Assembly: GCF_009914755.1 (NCBI RefSeq)
Contig: NC_060929.1
From: the human T2T-CHM13v2.0 reference genome, Homo sapiens
Length of the DNA: 64,000 nt
Reading direction: 5' to 3' (one strand)
Of this stretch, positions 58,701 to 64,000 are shown piece after piece; within the stretch, counting starts at the first letter, position 1; each line of letters starts with the position of its first letter. Both the position numbers and the translations under genes were made by a program. The notes beneath the pieces were generated by a model. It was given only the letters and a program-made list of their open reading frames with translations. It ran no database searches and was not told the origin of the DNA.

Positions 58701-60713
58701 AGGCAAGGCAGTAAGCCCCAGAAGAGAGGCCTTCCATGGGTAGATAGGAACTCAAATGCTTTCCCAGGCTGGACCCAGGAGACTGTGTCAGCTACTGTGA
58801 TATGGCTTGCCACCAGGACAGATCATTCTACCCGTCTAAGGAGTTAGGGTATCCCCAAGAGCTGTGATGGGAGGTGGAAATTCACACCTGTGAAATGGGA
58901 GGTATGCTGAGTTGAACGGGATAGCCCAAGGCCTGTCCATGAACTGAGCCATGGCCAAGGATTTCTTAATTCTAGAGGCCTCCTTCTTGAGCTTGCCTTC
59001 TTTTGAACTTGGCCCTCAGTGTCTGGGTAAGTTGGAGCGTGACTATCCAGGGAAAGCCCCTGGTTTGTATTTAGTCAAGTTGGCCAGAGAAGACTGGATC
59101 TAAGCGGGAATAAAATTTGCTGACCCCCATCTCAGAGGTTAACATTTTCATTTGTGTTTTGCATGACTCATTTTAAATTACAGTGCTCTACAAGTATAGA
59201 AAGAAGCCTTCCTCTTCCCACCGTCCCCAGACACCACATAATGGAAAAAGCAAGAATTTTCTGCATAAGCAAGGCCTTAAAAAAAAAAAAGCCAGCCTCT
59301 GATGGGACTTCTTTCCTGCCAGAAATCCCACTGGTCCACTGTCGCAATTTTTACAAAAGGCCACGATGAAAGAGTAAGGCCCATTTTGAGCCCTTTGCTT
59401 CTGTATTATGTGAAACATAACTTGTATTTCTGTTCTTGGTATCAGAAGAATTGTTAGTTTTTGAACATGTAAAATCTACTAGGGTCTCTGACTGTTAAAG
59501 TATAATTTTGATTAAGAAAAGATTTGTTCCACTGCTTTGATTAGACACATAAAACTTTGAAAAGTTTTGATGTTCTGTTTCCTGTTTTAAAAAAATATGT
59601 CCTCTCCTATGAACTCTAACTAGATGAGAGGATTTTCCTCAGAGAAAATTCAGCCCTGGGAAGAACCATCTATGGAGGTCATAACCTAGAAAATTCTTCA
59701 AGGGAAGTTGCAGTGAATTAAAAGAGGGCGGAGTTAGAAAGTCCTGTTCTACCAAATTTGTGCTAATAGTTGCACCTTTCTTTCTTTCCCAGAATGGTCA
59801 CTGGAGAAAATGTGTAAACCAACTGCAAACAAGTTTATCCGTTGCCACCTTTCTTTTCCTTTAGTGACAGTTCAATTCGTTAACCTGAAGGAGCTACTGT
59901 ACCATCAAGACTAGCTCCCAGCCCAGGGCTTCAGCATAAAGCAGCTGCTCAGTTAATTTTGGTGGATCACGGGCAGAAACAAGTTACCTTTGGGATGCAG
60001 ATTCTGAATAGTCTGCCATGAAATGATTAAATGAATGAGAGTGATGAGGGGCTACTTAATTGGACTATGTAAAATGGCTCCTTAAGCTTCGTGGACAATT
60101 GAGTAATTTCAGTTTCCTCTCTTCACTCTTGTTTACTTCCTGCTCTTCTAGCATCAAGTGTTAGGTATTCTGTTCTCTTACAATGAGAAGATTAAACAGC
60201 TGTAGTTTAAATTAAAGCATTAATTTGGAGTGTTCTGTGGCTACATTAATTATATTTTCTACTAAGATTAAATTGCAGATGGATATAAGCAGCAATATAT
60301 GTTTATCCAGGGCAAACCAGAATTCTGTTAACCAGCCATCCTTGGTGACTTTTTATTTATATATAAAAACCTTTTTAAACTGAAATAATGTAACTTGATT
60401 TTTCCCCCCAGTTAGGTAGAAGAAAAAATAATTGGATGCAGAAAACAGTTGTATGGAGCGTATTTGCATAGGTACAGGACTTGAGTGACAGAAAATTCCT
60501 TTTATTTTTTTCCCCAGTGGGATTTAGCAAAAAGCATGTGTTGAAAGTCTCTTGACTAAATGGGTCATAATTAAAGACTTTGGGATTTATTTATGGGTAT
60601 TTTAATTAGAAACATTAAGTTCACTCAGTGGTCCTTGTGAAAACTTTTTTCTAACTGCTTATTTTATATCAAGTAATAAATAAAATTTCTGTGGGTATGA
60701 AGATGAGTTTTAG

Positions 60714-60832
60714 GGCTGCCTATTTCTCTAGGACTGCCCCCCCCCCCCCCCCCCCCCCCGCCGCCGCTTCAGAGAGCTTTTCTCTTTCTTTCACCTATTA
60801 AACTTCTGCTCTGGACCTCAAAAAAAAAAAAA
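60714..60832 (+). mobile_element. L1-mediated retrocopy of an ERV1-class LTR transcript 3' end (MER4-group/MER50-like, tentative) with C23 tract
   Basis: gagagcttttctctttctttcacctATTAAActtctgctctggacctc followed by A13; TSD gagttttag at 60705-60713 / 60833-60841. Confidence 0.7.
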
Positions 60833-62329
60833 GAGTTTTAGCTGTAACCACATTGTAATTCGTGCTGAATATATGAATGCTGCTGTTCACTGAATAGTTA
60901 ACTGGTTATATCCCTTGTTAATTTGAAGTTTTCTTCCTTCGTTTTGGAATGATAGTTATAAGGCAACATGCATTTTAGAAAAATGCACTTGTTTGAACTT
61001 CTCAGATCTAATGTGACTCTGTGGGACTAGATGTTAAGAAACCATATCTTTAACTGAACATCATCTATGATATTCCATCTCATAACATGTTCCATGAGTT
61101 TTATGGACAATTTCTAAGAAATCCAAAGTAGCATGCAGTTTTATCAACCTCTCTGCATCCCCTTGGCACAAGGAATAATTTTTCTGTTATTGAGGGGCAA
61201 AACAGAGGGGTAAAGGCACTCATACAGTTAAATGCCAGATTAAGTCAGGCATCCAAGTCACTCTGCTTTGGGTTGATTCTCTGAGACTCAGCTGGCTGAC
61301 TTCAAAAGGACGAAATAGATTTCAACATTGGAAAAGAATACAGTATAGAATATATGATGGGTCTTGTTAGCTATCTCTTATTTTCTAATCCAAAGAGCCT
61401 CCTAGTTGGAGGAAAAACTTGAACTACATAAGTATATCAGCAAATTTTCATTATATTTTATAATTCTTTATTGCATTATACGTGAATATATTTAGCAGTG
61501 GTAGTACGTCTTGGAAAGTTTAAGAATTTAGACAAATATGCTTTTTTTTTAAAAAAAAATAGTTGAGTTTTAAATATGCTGTTTGGGTCCTTATGAGCAT
61601 GTGGGAGATATATAGGAGAAAGAGTTTGTTGCTGATGTTATAGAATCACCAATGCAGCATTGCACTTTTGTTCTTTTCCATTCATTGTTCTTGCTTACAT
61701 GGAGCACTTGCAAATAGGCTGGACGTCTCAGAGTTCTGAACAATGCCCTTGGCTAACCGTTAGTCCTAATTGCTGTGACTAATGTGCTGTGTGACCTAAA
61801 GACGGTAACATACTTAACCTTGGTTTTCTCATCTGTAAAATAGAATTGATGACCTCTACCAAGCCAAGGATTTCAGTGAGGCACTCAAAAATAAAAATTA
61901 AAAAATACATTTGGGACAAACATGAAAAAAATTACTTTTTAGACTTAAGCAATGCATTTAAACCTGACGAAAATGAAAGGAATTGAAATTGTTTAGCCAC
62001 AGAAAATAAAGACCAAGGACCAATTTAAACAGTTGAAAATTATATGAAGCAGTGTTTTATGGAGAGTAGTAATGAACTCTTCTTCACCTTTTTTGAGGCT
62101 GTCCAAAGAAGAAATGAAGTTAGATTATTGCAGAATTACATAAGTTAGTAAGCATGGACTGACCAGTTCTTTCTAAGACACATACTTGAGTATTTATTCT
62201 CTTCAGTTGCAATGAAGGTGACAGTGAATTTGCTGAATAGCTGTGTACATGTTTCCCCAAAGAGACCACTGGAATAAAGTTTTGTTTCTTGAGACAGTTT
62301 CCATTGCATTTATAAGTCTTGTCCCTTGA

Positions 62330-63117
<788 letters not shown>

Positions 63118-63589
63118 TAGCTCATTAGTAAGAGAAAAAAAAAATGCTGAGCCTTAAGAGGGGAGAGGAAAGGCAGTCTTTCTGAAGCTGAATCCTTTGC
63201 CTAAATTGTCTTAGCAATAAATCTTGCCACCTATTGGTAAAAAGGAAGAACTAAAACTAAAAGGTGTTTGCCGTTCTCACAGGTAGTTAGTAGTGTGATC
63301 GAAATAGAATTCTTTCAGCGGTGCTTTTGGATAAGGGGCTTGGAAATATGTGATTTGATATGGAACTTTTCCCTGTGCTTTGAATTTATCATGGCTCATC
63401 TCTAAGTCATAATAGTTTTTTGAGTAGAGGAGGTATGCTGCTCTCATGGTCTCTCTTAAAATTATATTTTTTGAGATAGAATTCCATTTTAATAGATCAG
63501 TGGATTTTAATTGGACACATTTTAGAGGCTTGATTGATTTTGAAAACATTTTTCTTTTTTCTTTCTTTCTGTCTTTCTGCCTTTCTTTC

Positions 63590-63950
63590 CACCACGGCTA
63601 ACTGCAGTCTGAACCTCCTGTGCTCAGTTGATCCTCCCGCCTCAGCCTCCTGAGTAGCTGGGACTACAGGCGTGCGCCACCATGCCTGGCTAATTTTTCT
63701 GTAGAGATGGGGTTTCACCATGTTGCCTAGGCTGGTCTCAAGTGATCTGTCTGCCTCAGCCTCCTAAAGGGCTAAAATTATAGGTGTGAGCCACTGCACG
63801 TGGCCTTTTTTTTTTTTTTTTCTTGAGACAGGGTCTTCCTCTGTCACTCAGGCTGGAGTATAGTGGCATCAACATGGCTCACTGTAGCCTTGACATCTTG
63901 GGGTCACCTGATCCTCCTACCTCAGCCTCTGGTGTAGCTGGGACTACAGG
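63590..63950 (-). mobile_element. AluJ plus partial AluJ
   Basis: Diverged reverse-complement Alu arms separated by a T tract. Confidence 0.8.
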
Positions 63951-64000
63951 CTGAAAACATTTTTCTAACTCTGTTGTTAGTTTGGGCTTTCCTTCATTCC

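Overview
Primate (human-like) genomic DNA containing the 5' end of PIK3R1 (PI3K regulatory subunit p85-alpha) on the + strand. It has a TATA-less CpG-island promoter (~31.1-33.0 kb) and a non-coding exon 1 (~31981-32175). Intron 1 is ~10.3 kb. The 720-nt exon 2 (42519-43238) carries a uORF-rich 5'UTR and codons 1-111 (SH3 domain plus proline-rich motif), and intron 2 runs past the window end. The upstream 31 kb is repeat-rich: Alus, L1M/L2/MIR, MER5/MER58, MLT/THE1 LTRs including a full-length THE1 with TSDs, a second CpG-rich region at ~2.3-4.4 kb, and two small retrocopies (KRT8 3' end; one unidentified). Almost all other listed ORFs are repeat- or GC-content artefacts. I see no new multi-gene system. 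The best leads are an SH3-only ORF created if exon 2 circularises, the uORF architecture, a poly(C)-bearing LTR retrocopy with a sense poly(A) signal in intron 2, overlapping kB/STAT motifs inside the CDS, and interlocked palindromes. Repeat boundaries and subfamilies were called by eye and are approximate.
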